Source: Amphiscolops sp. MND2022
Taxonomy: Eukaryota
NCBI GenBank assembly: GCA_964187785.1
Contig: OZ076409.1
Span: 18,416,001 to 18,480,000, forward strand
Length of the DNA stretch: 64,000 nucleotides
Reading direction: 5' to 3'
The position numbers were made by a program, and so were the translations under genes. This document shows positions 21,501 to 35,176 of the stretch, piece by piece (the first letter of the stretch is position 1; every line of letters starts with the position of its first letter). The notes beneath the pieces are model-generated. The model was not told the DNA's origin. It ran no database searches and was given only the letters and a program-made list of their open reading frames with translations.

Positions 21501-24500
21501 ACACTTTGGGGCTGTTGACTGTCGTCCTCACAACTTGAGTTCCTCCGAAAGGCATCCTAGAAATTAGCTCTGTACTGTTTTGAAGGTTGAAACGATTCTG
21601 AATTGAGTGAAAATGAGAGCGTTCAAGTTGTGCAAGCTTGTTGCTTGGAATCTGTTGTTCTTTTTAGGTTTATTGCTGAGAGGTAGTATCTCCGAGGCTA
21701 AAAATGAGAAAAGTGACTTTGGTTTGAGAAGTTTCAGAGGATGTGATTTTTATCGCAACAATTTTGAAATGCGGAATCAATTCAAGATAAGATTGATTAG
21801 AGTTACACCACCAGACGCTGCAACAATAGCGGGTTCAGCTCGTAATTGTAAGTTGTGACGTCACACGCGAAAGCAAGTTTTGGTGACGTCAAAGAAGACA
21901 AAAGAGCAAATCAGAATAACAAAGTTCGACCCGAGCTCTAAGTCTTTTGTGACAATTGACAACTGAATTACTGGAATATAGGTCGAAAACAACGTCATCA
22001 AGTCAGTTTGCGATAAGAGAATTGAACAACTCTTGCAAAATAGTTGAGAAGGTCAGGCGAATTAGTTACAATATTTGAAATGCGTTATCTTGATGTATGA
22101 TTTTGATCTCTAATTGAACAGTTATAATGATTATCAATAATTCATTTTCAAGTTTGCACATTGCATCAGGTTTCATATCAATCACTTCTCAATCGAGTTC
22201 CCACCTTGTGATGTAATCATTTCAAAGTTTTTGTCTCTAATCGCTGACTAATTAAACGTTCTTTCCCCGTGACTCAGATCCTCAGCCTTCTACACGGTAT
22301 GATCTATTCCGAACTTTCAGTACACCGAGGCTCTCCCATTTTCAGTCGGCGCTTCATGAAGTGAAACGCGACTACTAGTGATTTTTTTTCAATCACACGA
22401 AGTGACCAAAATAGTTCATAAAAGTTCTACGAAACTATAAGGTGTCAAATTGGACCATTTGTCCTAGCGAACTGAACCAAAAAGGTTTTTCCTTTTTTCT
22501 CCGTAACATACAATACCGGGCGAGACTAAAAGGTCCGCCCTTTCATTTTTTCCGACTTATACCGTACCGGGTTGTTGAAAAACACAGAGGTTCGAAAAAT
22601 TTTTTGTTAGGCAATTTTTTAACTTGGGTTTAATCCAAGTTAGAGATCTGAGGTAATAGTGCAAGGTTTGTCTCAAACACTTTTTGTTCCAAACAGCAGT
22701 CCTCGAGATATTGCATGATAAATTACGGAAAATACCAAAAGCGAGGACTTCTTTTAGCTATTAACTTTTCTAGTTTATGTGTGAGTCCAAAAATATCCTT
22801 GTAAGTCATTCAAATTCGAGAAAGTTTTGCTTCAATGTTTTTTGTGTCTTTTGAGTATGTACAAATTTATTGAGATTTGAAATCAAGAGTCTTCAGTTTT
22901 TTGGTACCCTAGTGTATAAAATGCGGTTCATCTGAATTAATGACGTTTTTGCACATTATGGAAAGCGGTGGAAATACTCATTTTAAATTGTCATTTTGGA
23001 GGAAGAACATGTTTAATGTTTGGGGTTTCTGTTGGCCTTCTAAACTCGAGATTGTTTTAGTGCAAAAGACGATTAAGGAGTACGACGAGAAGCTGGAGAT
23101 GTATCTCCCTGTTCTGATGCAACAGGCCAAAATTTTCTGGGACAGGAAAAACTACCCGCAGGTGGAGAAGATCTTCAGAAAGTCAGTTGAGTTCCTGAAT
23201 GACAACGAGACATGGAAAGTGAACGTCGCACATGTGCTATTCATGCAGGAGGGCAAGTACAGTGACGCCAAGGGCTTCTATGAGTCACTCATCAAGACTG
23301 TCCAGGTATCAATGAATAATTCTACGAAGAGTAACTAATAATTACAAGATTTTAAACAATCGTGGAACCAAACTTGTGGAAAGTTGTCGAAATGTATTTC
23401 ATCGCTGTTTGAATTTGTTTTCAATAAATCTACTATATCTAAAAATTTGTAAAGTTGTCTGTCTGTCTGTTAAGTCTATTATCCAAGGGAAATTATCGCA
23501 GAATTGTTTTTGCACACAGGTAGGCATAATAACGGGGGGATGTTTTGCACCTAAGGAATCTATTAATTGAGCTGAATTGTCAGTCGTTTTGGAGGCCGTG
23601 ACATCTTTTGTGTCGTGACACCTGGAAAGTCGTGGTTTGAAAACTGTGAAACCTTTCTGAACATCCTGTTTTAACAAATTTATCACAGCTTCCTGTTTGA
23701 AAACCGTCGTAAACTTTAAAAAGCTATGCTTCTTCAACCTGATTTGATTGGGATTCTGGATAAGATTTGATGTTAAATCTGAATGTCCAAAGATTTCACA
23801 CTTCCGGCTCAACATCCGTTATGTATGAGACACCCAGTGAAACCGGATGCTCGGCCAACTAGTCTTTGTAAAGAGTATTTGTGTATTTGAATAGTGTTGT
23901 TTGTTCGAGTTGTAATCTAGGAGTGCCAAATGCAGTGATTGTTTCCAGGCAAGAAGAGAACCATTGTTGTCGTGCAGTGCAATAATCCCAGCTAACCTGT
24001 GCGTGTGTTACATAATGACCAGTCTGAATGAACACGCAGAAGAGATGATGCAGAAAGTTGAGAGGGAAGAGGAACAGGCAGCCTATGAGGAGCCCGACAA
24101 GAAGATATACCACTTCTGTATCATTAATCTTGTCATTGGCACTCTCTATTGCGCCAAAGGTGACTGACTATACATCGGAAACTTGTAGTATCGCTTAGGT
24201 CCAGGAAATGAGATGAGAAATTTGATAAAGGTCTCATTGAAACCTGTGTTTTCAACCTTTTCAATATTCCATTTCAGTCTTTCCATTTCTAGATTGATTT
24301 TGACCTATCCCAGATTGTGGAATTAGTGCATATTTTAAAAATACATCAGTTTCAGATCCTGTAAAGCGCATTTTTTTACTCTGTTTCAATTTGATTTTCT
24401 TGCGGATTATAGTTGGTCATTGTGTTGAATAGTTTTTGGTACTTCTCCAGTTTCCCCCAACCCTTGTGTTGGAACTCTCGTTCCTAGATAAACCAACTTC

Positions 24501-27500
24501 TTCTAGTTCTTCAGTGGGGTTTCCACTATTCTCGGTCCTGGTCGTCAAATAACCTTGTTCAGAATTGACGCTTGATAGGTTGTCAACTTTGGACGACAGG
24601 CTCTCGATCAATTTTAATATCTCACGTTGATTGAGTTCAGTGTCTCTAAGGCGCTTGGAAATTTTATTCTCAATTTTATTAGACATGTCTTCAAAATCCC
24701 TTTCCGATAGTACGGCGTTTTCGTCGTTAATTGAGCTTGCAGTCTCTATGTCGAACTGGCTTGTCGACTGGTCACTCCTCAACTTTCGTTTTTGAGACTT
24801 CTCAGGCATCTTGCAAAAATAGTGAAGAGACAATATTTCAATTAAACTTGAGTCGTTACAAATGTAATGGAGACTTCAGTTCAGTAATTTGTCAAAGTTT
24901 TCGAAACAAAGGAATTATACTAAGCAAAAGTAATTAACACGATTATTACAAAAGCAAAATTTCCGGAGAATGATTAATCAAACGCACTTGAAAAAATCAA
25001 ATTGTCAACTCACTTTTCCTAATCCCGCTTCAGGTATTTATACTTTACGCTAGACACGCGGGGAAAACCCCGCGCGTGAATTCACACCTTGTTCACCTCG
25101 GCGTCCTTTCCGAAGCGGGGAAATCCAAATAAGGTATTCTTCCTCGGGACTCGGCATTCGGTTTCAACCCACTTTAAAGAAAAGTGGGAATTCACTTCCT
25201 GCCGCTTCCCAATTCCGCGTCCCTTTCTTCTTCATTCCCCGCCTTTTCAAGACGCCGAAGGTGAAGTTGGCACTGAAATTCATGAACCTAGCTACTGAAG
25301 CGGGAAAAGGAAATGAAATTTTCTTTAAGAGAAAATGGACAATTAAGTATAAGGCAACTGCACAAATTAATGAATCAACAGAGTTAGAGATGATAATTAC
25401 AACTTTTGATGTATCGATGGTTAGGATTGACGCATCTTGACAAATTAGACACAAAACGTGCGCCTGGCCGGTAGACACAACACATATATAAAGTCGGGTG
25501 ACCGGGGTGAATGCATAGGTTAACAGGTGAAAAAAGAGGGGTTAATATCACTTGAGTAGGCGGTTGCGAGGGAATAAACTTCATTCCATTAACAAACATG
25601 GTATTTTAAACAATTAATAACCATCATATCGTTATTAATAACTCATTCGAACTTGGTACATCATTAATTATTTAAATGGTTGCCCAGGTGGTCGTCCCGG
25701 TTCAAATTATGATTAATCACCATTTCACTAGATTTGGACAATTTGTGACGTTCCATACAATATTAGGATAGTACATTTACATATATTAGTGCGGTGATTT
25801 ACTATCTGGTGGTACTCGATACTTTACTGCTTCATTCAACTTAAGTTGGTCGTCCCGGCGGTCGTCCCAGATTATAAATTTAAAACGGTCGTCCCGGCGG
25901 TCGTCCCAATTATCAGGATCGACAAATCTTCAAACACACCTTTTCATACTATAAATATTACATTTTCTATCTTCATTATTGAATACTGCACAATTTAAGC
26001 TTCTTCTAAGCTTTGGATTTGTATTCACTTCACGCGTGACATCACTTAATATATTAGCACTTTGATTAATTCGATCGAGCTGCCAGGCGTGCGTCCCAGC
26101 CTTTGTTGACTGGTGGCTTGACGAGTAGAGTAACTGAGTTAATACTGCACATTCGCGCTTAGCGCTGATTGGTTAATTAAAAGGACAGTGAGAATTAGTG
26201 TGTTTTGTTACGCAGATATTGGGACGGTAGGCTGGTCAGTGCGCTGGTTGGAATAACTTCAATCAGCGTATTGGTCAAGCTACTGCAAACAAATCACATT
26301 TACAACAAGTTATTATTATTTAATTATTTACATATTTATGTATTTCAGGTACTGCAGAGGGTTGATGGTATTAATATTATGCACTTACAGGGTTGTTCAA
26401 TATCAATGAGTGTTTGTTTGTTGATTGTTTTCTTTCAGGTTTGTGATGCTTTATTAGCTTCTTCTTGGTTAATTTCTCCATTTCTTTCCTCTGGCGTTCT
26501 CTCTGATCTTATTATTTCACGGCCCTGTGGCGGCTGTGACACCTTGATTTTTGCTAAACTGATTTTTAAACTGAACAATTTATTGTCCGAGGATTAAATC
26601 AAACAACATCAGTTAATATTGCTTCAAATGGATCTATCTTAGGTTCTATTGATCTTCTCCTTTGAACAGATTCATTAAAAAAACACTGAATTTCCTCGCA
26701 TTATGATAAAATACAAAAGATTTCACATATACGAGGGCAGTGTAAAATTCAAATTAATGATAATAATGACGATAATTGTAAATCACTTATTCAAATTATT
26801 ATTTAAACCGATACTCACTCCAACATTTCCGGCTATATTGTGGTCTATCAACTTGACTTATGAATTTCTCAGTAAAATATTTCTTTAGTCTCTTCTTCAG
26901 TGTATCATACGTTTGATTTCCACTTTTCATTTTATCAGGTAAAACGTTCCACAGATTGAACTCTCTTGAACAGACTGCTTCTCATTTGTTCACTTCTTGT
27001 ATGAGCATGATAGTACAATTTCTTAGTTCTATCGTGACTTGTTATACGGGCGGGCGGTTTCTAAATTAAGCTGGGAAAAAGCGGGAAGAAGATTATGCTT
27101 CCATTTCCAGAAAAATTTGATAGCGTTCATGTCTAACGTTTTACGAACTGATATGATACCGTGTTTTGTTCTCAAATCCTGCGCTGAATCCATTTTATAT
27201 CTATTGAAACACGCTTTTACACCCCAATTCAATTGTTTTTCTAAAGTCGAAATTAGGCTCTGAGAGATACCATTCAATAATACCGATGTATACTGGAGAT
27301 GGCTGATCACAAGGGCATTCAATAGAAATAATCGAGTTTTCTCTGGAAGGGAGTCGCGGACATAATAGATTGTTTTGATACTACAAGCCTTTTTTCGTAA
27401 GATATTCTTCACCTCTGATTGATAATTGAGATTCCTATCCAAATAAACTCCAAGATATTTTACAGATTCTTTTTGTTTAATCAAATAATCCCCAACTTTT

Positions 27501-28698
27501 AACGTAGCATTTTTTATTGAACTGTTTTTGGATGATTTACAGAAAACAATGAACTCTGTCTTGTCAGCATTTACATTGAGACGGTGGATTGCGAAAAAAT
27601 CAGAAAGTTCTTTTATGCCTTTCTGCAGATAATCAACGCCAGTTGCAATGTCTTTAGCTGCTACGAAGAGAAAAGTATCATCCGCATACTGAACCAAGTA
27701 CAAAGGAGATTGAATGGAATTCTTCATGTTGTTAACATATATATTGAAAAGTAAAGGGCCTAGTACAGTACCTTGTGGAACTCCTTGATATAAATTATTC
27801 CAATCGGATGTCGATGTTGATAATACTACTCTTTGTGTCCGTCCAATCAGGAAACTTTCTATTAAAGACACTGCTTTTTTATCGAAATGAAGTTCCTTAA
27901 GTTTTTCTAGTAGAATTTCATGTGAAATAGAGTCAAAAGCCTTTGATAAATCCAGGAAAGCAGCTGTAACAATTTGATTGCAATCGATTCTTTCCTTATT
28001 TTTTCCGTAGCATATACTAGTGCGTCAGTTCCGGAAAATTTTTTCGGAAGCCAAATGGTACTTGGCTAAGAAGTTTGTTTTTATTTAAATATTCCATTAT
28101 TTGTTCTCTAACATTATGCTTCAAGAGTGAACAAAACAACGTTGGATGTCACTTCCGGTCAGTTCCACTCCTGAACTGCCTTGGATTGAAACAATTGCAG
28201 AAACTAATTTCCGCTACACAAAGTACAAATTAATGCAGATTCTCGAATTGAAAATGAAAAATTCAAACTCAAGGGTTAGGGGAAACTGGAGAAGTATCTA
28301 GCTTTTTGAGAGCTCGTTCCTTAAAATTCTTTTTCTCAGGAAACTACGAATTCGGCATCTCCAGAATGATGAAAGCCCTGGAGCCCTTCAGCAAGAAACT
28401 GGGTACTGACACTTGGTTCTACACCAAACGATGTTTCCTGTCTCTGCTGGAGAACTTGGCCAAACATATGCTGGTGTTGAAAGACGAAGTGTTTCTCGAG
28501 TGTATCAAGTTTCTAGATGCCGCAGAAGCCAATGGGCGCAATTTGAAGGCCTATCACGAAGGACCTTTGCTCTCTGACGAGGAGAAAAACGACCCCACCA
28601 AAGACGGACGCAACACAATTACGTATGAAGCCAGATATCTGAAATGGCTCTTTTATGAATTGAGAGATGGTTTCAACTTCAACATTTGTCCTCTCTAA
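15579..28698 (+). CDS. IFT70: Intraflagellar transport protein 70 / TTC30 (fleer, DYF-1), TPR protein; join(15579-15879,16256-16422,17329-17568,17965-18285,19854-20031,23061-23305,23949-24159,28340-28698), 673 aa
   Basis: Family-typical peptides: KDGEYTKTIYDLIKD, IIERGIKDHPELSVGM, ETALVEGFNLKAAIE, ALTDMPPRSEEELDPVTLHNQAL, FPPETFANLL, VEKIFRKSVEF, NVAHVLFMQE, ANLCVCYIMTS, NLVIGTLYCAKGNYEFGISR, KKLGTDTW. All 7 introns are GT-AG with compatible phases, and the summed CDS is 2022 nt. Confidence 0.93.
16727..16895. mobile_element. Tc1/mariner-type MITE
   Basis: TA-flanked TIRs CAGTCGAACTCGGATAAAAGAAAC / GTTTCTTTTATCAGAGTTGGACTG. A partial related copy lies at ~15213-15312. Confidence 0.75.
18343..18638 (+). 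mobile_element. Diverged type E-like MITE in IFT70 intron 4
   Basis: TAGTGCCCTAAATGCAGAAGCGAAGCGAGGTGCCA...CCGAGTC resembles the type E core. Ends CTTACAGC, like the type E TIR. Confidence 0.45.
18800..19521 (+). mobile_element. Helentron-associated (HINE/DINE-1-like) non-autonomous element carrying two tRNA-like segments and an inserted MITE
   Basis: The 5' end TTTTCCGCCCACATATAATGGGGGAGGAAAATC and the 3' end ...CCCGGTGCTAGCGGGCGTCTTGTT are shared with 38822-39087. A/B-box-like segments at 18956-19025 (-) and 19403-19470 (+). Confidence 0.55.
19216..19378. mobile_element. Tc1/mariner-type MITE
   Basis: TA-flanked TIRs CGGTAAACCCTCGATTATCCGCCACC / GGTGGCGGATAATCGAGGGTTTACTG. Confidence 0.8.
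21854..21891. promoter_or_regulatory. Two full CRE/ATF palindromes (TGACGTCA), 28 bp apart
   Basis: TGACGTCA at 21856-21863 (extended palindrome TGTGACGTCACA) and at 21884-21891. Function not shown. Confidence 0.35.
24417..26540 (-). mobile_element. Probable retroelement-derived fragment (short coiled-coil ORF 24417-24833 plus long upstream non-coding region) in IFT70 intron 7
   Basis: ORF MPEKSQKRKLRS...MSNKIENKISKRLRDTELNQREILKLIESLSSKV resembles an ORF1/gag N-terminus. No diagnostic domain is visible and the boundaries are uncertain. Confidence 0.3.
26900..28130 (-). mobile_element. L2/CR1-group LINE reverse-transcriptase 3' fragment
   Basis: FLDLSKAFDSISH (upstream of the tracked ORF), GVPQGTVLGPLLF, YADDT, VKYLGVYLD. 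ORF 27029-27871. Confidence 0.85.
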
Positions 28699-31600
28699 AT
28701 CCTGCAGTTCGTATCAATGTGGACGCTAATTTTTTTCATTCATGGCTGCACTTTTAAAAGTATTCAAAAGACTGGCTTCTGTGCTATGAAACGTCAATTG
28801 CTTGACACGAGTCCGTTCTGATCAATTTTTGAAGTTAGTGGTTTGCATCTGAAGTAAAATTGACCGACAAAGGATTGGAGTACGTATCTTGTAAATATGA
28901 TGAGCGTGGTGTAAATAATTGTAGATTTATGAATATTAAATTACATGGTGATAAATGGCATCGAATTATTCATGTTCATAGTATATACATAACGATTTGA
29001 AACAGGTATAAAACATCTGTGAAATACTAACCTGTTTTTTTTGCAACAAAGTTTCAGATAAGTTTTTGTAGTGTAGTTGGCATAGGACGATACTCTGTGA
29101 AAACCAATTATAATTAGAATCAATGGGTATAGCTTTTTGTCACGTTTTTTTTTGTATTTCAATAACTGAAAAAAAAGTGAGAAATGTTAGTTTTAGTGTG
29201 GTTTTTTCTAACAATGTCTGCCTAAAAGTACTAACTTGGTGGAACGTGAAGTATATTCAACTTGGCCTAGTCCTGGACTGAAGTTAGTCCGATTTCTGAA
29301 CAGTTAGACCAAGTGCATCAGGGATGCAAAAGGCCGCTCTTTGATTCTTTTAGACTTCCAACTAGAAACAACAAAACCAAGTAGTCCTCGTCGAGTTTTT
29401 ATACACTAGCGACTTTTTCGAACGTTTTTGCATTCAACAAGGTGCCTTTTGGATTGTTTCAAGTTGGGAACGTGATTCTCGGCTGTCTGGGCATTTTTAC
29501 CGTAAGCTGCTTTTTTTCCAAAAGGTCTTCCGCTGCTTTTGGTTGCTTCTCGAAGAGAAGACCCGACTATATCAGTGGTATTTTAGGACCAGCGAACTGA
29601 TAGATTTCTATAAGCACCTTGGTAACTTCTTACTGCTACTTGGCCTAGAAGTTAAGTAGGACTTCTGAGAAGGTGATGTGATGTCTGAAAAGCAGGAGTA
29701 TGTGGGTTCGAGTCTCGCACTAAACTAATTTTTTATGCTTGTCAAAGTAGAGGGGTTTTCCGAGTTTTGAGGGTGAGCTCTTGGACAATTTTTTGATCCT
29801 ATGATAATTTTTCTCAATGATTGTGGAAAAAACCTACGTTTTTTCGACACTACGACTTTTCTCGATAAAATTTTCAATTGATGAAAGTACCCCTTCACTT
29901 GTTTTCGGACTCCAAAAAGCGTTTGGCGAACTTAGAACGTTTTCGGTACTGAAGGATTTTTCCGAAGAATATATATATTTTTGAAAATGTTCTCTTTTTC
30001 TAGTCTTATTCAAATCTTTGCTCATTAAAAACGTTTTTAACAGCGAGCGGAGCGCCGATTCGGACCGTTCGCGACTTGTTATTGGTTTGGTATTATATCT
30101 TTGAGCCTGAATGTGCCTCTTCTGGGGTTTTTGGGGTTGTTTGTAATTAATTCATTGTCACACTCAAATGGAGATCGCGTAAAATCAATGTCAAATTTTC
30201 GTTTCCAAAATTGAACTTGAAATTTTCCACGTTTTGGTATAATGTAAATAAAAATAGAAATGCGGTGTAACGGAAGTTTCGACTTTCATTCAGAAGTAAA
30301 CCAGCCTTTGATTCTAACCGTTTCCAATGTTTTCTATTTTTCCAAAATGATAATAAGATCGATACCTTTTTCCATAGTGGGTCTTGTCAAAGAAGGCAGC
30401 GGGGAATTTTTAAAAATGCTTTTTGGATCTATATATATCACTTTGACTGAATTAGGCGATTAAACAATTACCGCATACGTACATTAACACATACATACAT
30501 ACAGTAAAGTTTACATTGGATGACACATGCACGCAAAAGATTTCTAGTCATTTAGTGTAACTAACTAATTATGTCAATTTAGAGTTTAATGATTTGAACA
30601 AATTGCTTCGTGATCATGCCAGTAAGCAAAATTTTTAAACATAAACTGGACCATGTGTTCTTTTTGTGTGTTCATGGCATGGACTTGGAGGAAGCTAGTC
30701 TTTTGGCAGTAGAAAGTAGTCGCAATTCACGATAAACGAAATGCTAGAATTGACCAGAAACGGTTGCCTACTTGGAAAAAAAATATCGAGAAACTAATAA
30801 CTTTTTCTAAAAATGACTTTTTTCTGGTGAAAGATGAATTGTATCAGTTCATCATCTTAAAGACAATTTTGACCTAGAAACATTTTGACCTGCGATCAAC
30901 CGGTCAACAGTCGTGGAGCCAGATAAAATCATAGAATACTATAGCTTGTGAAGGTCTGGTATTTCAACATTACAAACAGAACACTGATCAAACCAATATC
31001 CTAGAGGGGACATTCGCTGAACACACTGATTATAGTTTGAATAAGGTATAGACTTAATCATACAAATGAAAAAAAATTAAATTGTTGCTATTAACAACTA
31101 TCATGTTGAAGCCTTGTGGATTGGAACGTTTAGTTGAAGCACAAAATTAGCCGCATAATAAACTACCGAAACTTGAATAACATCAAGGTAAAAACAAAAA
31201 ATGCCCAAAACTGAGTGCGGGCTGGTGCTAAGTGGGGATACGGTTCGTTCAACCAGTCAAAACAAGGATTAAAACAAGAGGATAAAACTAGGTAGAAATA
31301 AAGCAAGGCATTATGGATAAAAATTGGACTCATCAAAAACAAGTCTGAAAGGGCTTGTCAATCCCCTTTTGAGGCTTCCAAGCAAGAAGTCTTCTCAATA
31401 AGCATGGGAACTAAGCCTCAAATGCTCCTAATGTGCGCATTTTCAGAAAAGTTTAGAGGGCTATCTTATGGCTGTGAAAATGATCGAAGAACACTTTTAG
31501 AAAACTTCAACAACATCACACTGTCGAAACTGGGACTGCACATTATTTTTAAAGTAGGCTCCCTAGGCGCAAGAGACATCGGAAAAATGTCTAATGCACT

Positions 31601-31936
31601 GATGCTTGCAACCTCTGCATGATATCACAGACAAGCGTGAAAACGCTAAAGTTTTTTAGTCAGTAATATCGTGTCTCAATTTCGAGGGAAATGAAGAGAA
31701 AACGTACTGATAGAAAAACGGAAAATGCTTTTTAATTCCAGAATAGGATGAGTTTAAACTCATAATTCTTTGGCTCGCCTACGAACTTCGAGGCACAAGT
31801 CATTTGAGAAATTTATTTTAATTTTTCAATATTAATTTGGCTACGAAATGTACGAAATCAGCTGCAGGGCATCGTTTTTAACGAATTCGTTATGAAGGTT
31901 CTATAGAAATACCGTGAAATTTGAATTTAACCGACA

Positions 31937-32080
31937 ATAAAACAAGGCAATAATTAAATCAGTCACTTAATGATAAGGTCTCGGGGAAGGTCGTCGGTTT
32001 AAAATTCCGAATTTTCTACCGATGACCTTCCCCGAGATCTTATCATTGAAGTGACTGATTAATATTTTGCCTCAATTTAT
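31937..32080. repeat. ~145-bp imperfect palindrome (hairpin MITE-like)
   Basis: ATCAGTCACTT-AATGATAAG-GTCTCGGGGAAGGTC-GTCGGT pairs with ACCGA-TGACCTTCCCCGAGA-TCTTATCATT-GAAGTGACTGAT. Confidence 0.75.
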
Positions 32081-33199
32081 TCGCGATGTTCGTTGAACTT
32101 CGTTCGTGATGTTCGTTCACAAGTCGTTTAACTTTCACCTCGTTGGTTTTCTCGAGATGCTTTTCCAGAATTCCAAAACACGTCTCGAATCAAACTCGGA
32201 TTACACCACACGGAAAATATAATTCTGCCATACGTTACGATCCGTACGGTCATCCATTGACTCCCAATCTTCAATACAAATTGCTGAATTGTAGGATAAT
32301 TGTCACCTTCCAAGGCCATTTTTCAACCAGCATAAAAACTTCACCATCGGCTTCTAATGAAATGACGACTTGTTTAAGGAAAAGTTTGTCAAGGTAATTC
32401 AGATGTTCTGTGAGAAGTCCGATGCATTCGATTATTCGCTAGAATTAGGGTAGAAAGACTACATATAGTCGCAAACTACAATTTTACCATTCTAATAGAT
32501 GATACAAGTTTCATCAACCTGTCTCCAGAGCATGCAACTACATGGGGGGGAACTAAAGGTCAAATATAGAAATACAATTATTTTGATTTAAGGTATACAT
32601 TTTTATTGCTCTAAAATACCCCTCAAAGCTGAGCCCTATCAACCGAACAAGGTTCATCTCCTTGAAAAAAATGGAAATGATGATTGAGCAGAAATGAAGA
32701 CAGGAGAAATGAAGAAAACTGGAAATGTGGCTGCTCATTCAAGCTTTGTTTTGGAGCCTTTCCAATGTGGCATACGAAGTGATGGAATTTGCGCTTGATA
32801 AAGAGTGGAATTTAATTTGAAGTCCTACAAACTCGCATGCAATGGGCTGAGTAAATTTTGAGTGAACACCAATGAAACTCAATGAAAGATGTGGTACATT
32901 TAAAAGAATTGAGTCAAGAGTTAAGAATTGGGAAATTATGCACCTGAATCGTTTCTAAAGAAACCATCACATTCATTTGAAATCTACAACAATAACTGAA
33001 ACTTCGAAAACAAATTTTCGGCACGAGGACAAATCAGGCGTTGCAAAGGTAGTGTATCAAATACAAGGGACAAGTTGGTTATCTAAAACAAAATGTAACA
33101 TCCAAATTCAATCAAAATTAAAAGCTATAAGCAAACAGTTGGTATTCAACGGGCACTATCGACATAACCATTACAAACAACGAAACAAGAATGCCATGT

Positions 33200-34185
33200 A
33201 AAAAAACTATTACGTTTCGAAGAGGGCTTGAAAATAGTAGCTATTTTGCAGCTCGAAGATGTTGTGCCTCCGGCTGCGGCCGTTGAAGTACTATCATTTG
33301 AAGAGTTGTTGGTGTTTTTTGGAGTCCTGCAGGTCCTTTGAAGTTTGAGACACAATAGTGGCTTTGGTCGTTTTACTACTACTGCTACTACTACCACCAC
33401 CACCACTCATTGATGTAGTTACTGAAGTTCCTTTACATAAGTTGCCAGTCGAGTTTTTGCCTTTTCGGTTCAGTCCTCGAGCGTATGTTGACGTCGAAGG
33501 AGTTGATGCCGGTGCTACCCATCCAGGTACCTCGTTTCTGGAGTTGCCTTCTCCAAATGATCTAATTTTTCCATCAGCTTCAGAAACATAACTCAGTTGG
33601 CTGGGAGGATCTCCAGCATAGTTAGAGGTCACTGATTTGCTTTTGACTTGACCCCACGATAAACTTTTGCATTCGGATGACTTATCAGGGCTTCCATTGG
33701 CTCCCGATTGGAGGACGACTGTTTTCCAGTGGTTGCCAGAGGAGCTGACTTAGTGGAGATAATTTTTGTGGGACTTGGGATGTTCATTTGGTTACAACTA
33801 TTAACGTTAGCTTGTGAGGAGCATGTGAATGAGAAGGAATAGTCTGTCATTTTGCTGCTGCTGATTGGGGTTATTGAAGAGGAACAGATGTTGCCTCCAT
33901 CTCTGCGACACCCAATGCGGTGGCCATCAATCGTTCATCAGACGAGAGGTGGGGATTGGTGGGGCGAATGGCACAACTACTAATACTACTAAATATATCA
34001 GTGGGAGCTGCTGTACACCCTACTCCTCACCCTCCTGTCAGCACCCCTGTACAAGTGGAGGAGGAGGGTGAGGCCAGGAGGCCGGCAGCTGATGACATGG
34101 CAGAGATGCTGCTGTCGCCACAGTCTAGCAAGCCCGCGTACTCACTGTCTTCGTCCAAATCCTCGCCTCCAGAGCTGCTCTCTTT
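33200..34185 (-). pseudogene. Decayed Ser/Thr/Gly-rich coding-like segment (unknown gene remnant)
   Basis: GC-richer, codon-like text (SSSGGEDLDEDSEYAGLLDC...; MTDYSFSF...; ...SGGGGSSSSSSK) broken by stops and frame changes. No family recognised. Confidence 0.3.
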
Positions 34186-35176
34186 AAATTAATACATATT
34201 CGCGAGTTTAGAAAAACTTGTGAATGCTTGCTTTTGTCATCATTCAATCAACCCTTCAACTCATCATTAGTAAAGTATTGCAAACAATTGGCGTCATAGC
34301 AGAAACCATTTTAATAACATAATTTGAATTTAGAAAAAATCAAAATACACCCAAAAGAAACTCACCAGCAGTAGATAACTATTAAACTTTATCATCAACA
34401 ACTAAAATCTCCAAATGAAAAGGTCTAGCATTGCGCTCAGATTCAATTTTCAGTTAGTATTCATAGTTTTCATAGCAAAAATGCAGCATTAGCTCGCAAT
34501 TCAAACTAAATTCAAGTATGTTCAGCTTTGCCATCAGCTCCGTTACTCATTTACTACGTTTTCTCTTTCAACACAGAGGAACTAACATCAAGAAACGGTT
34601 TTCAGTTAATTAACCAGCAAGGTTGCACCAGAGCACTTTACTAATTTGTAACTGGTCCGTAAAAAAGCTTTGGAACTAAGAACTTCGCACCAGCAGCAAT
34701 TTCAAATTTGATTAGAATATATCATAATTGAACGCGTTTAAAAATGGATGTTAAAGCCTAGTTGGTTGCAAGGCTGAAGGACCTCACATGTCGTCATTTC
34801 GCAATACAGGTCCCGGTCCACAAGTTTGCGGCCTGACTTTCAACTGAGTTAGCCGCATATACTCGGAGCAATTTCTACGAGGATTCTTGTCGCGTCAAAA
34901 AAACAGCGTCAAATGTCTAATACATAAATCCAGCGACCAGCGACGCGCTCCGAGCAATAGCGTGAATAAGGATGCTAATTAGTTACGGCGTAAAAAACCA
35001 ACTTTAAGATGAATTTCTTCATTTTTTCATTGACGTTTTTTCGACCATTTTTTGCAGAATTAAGTTGTATATCAAATGGGATACGCCGGATTTGAAGAAC
35101 ATTCAATCAAATCAAGTCTACTCTAGCTTCTTGGCCAGGGAACCAATTCTTCGTATAGACATTTCAGATAATTGTA

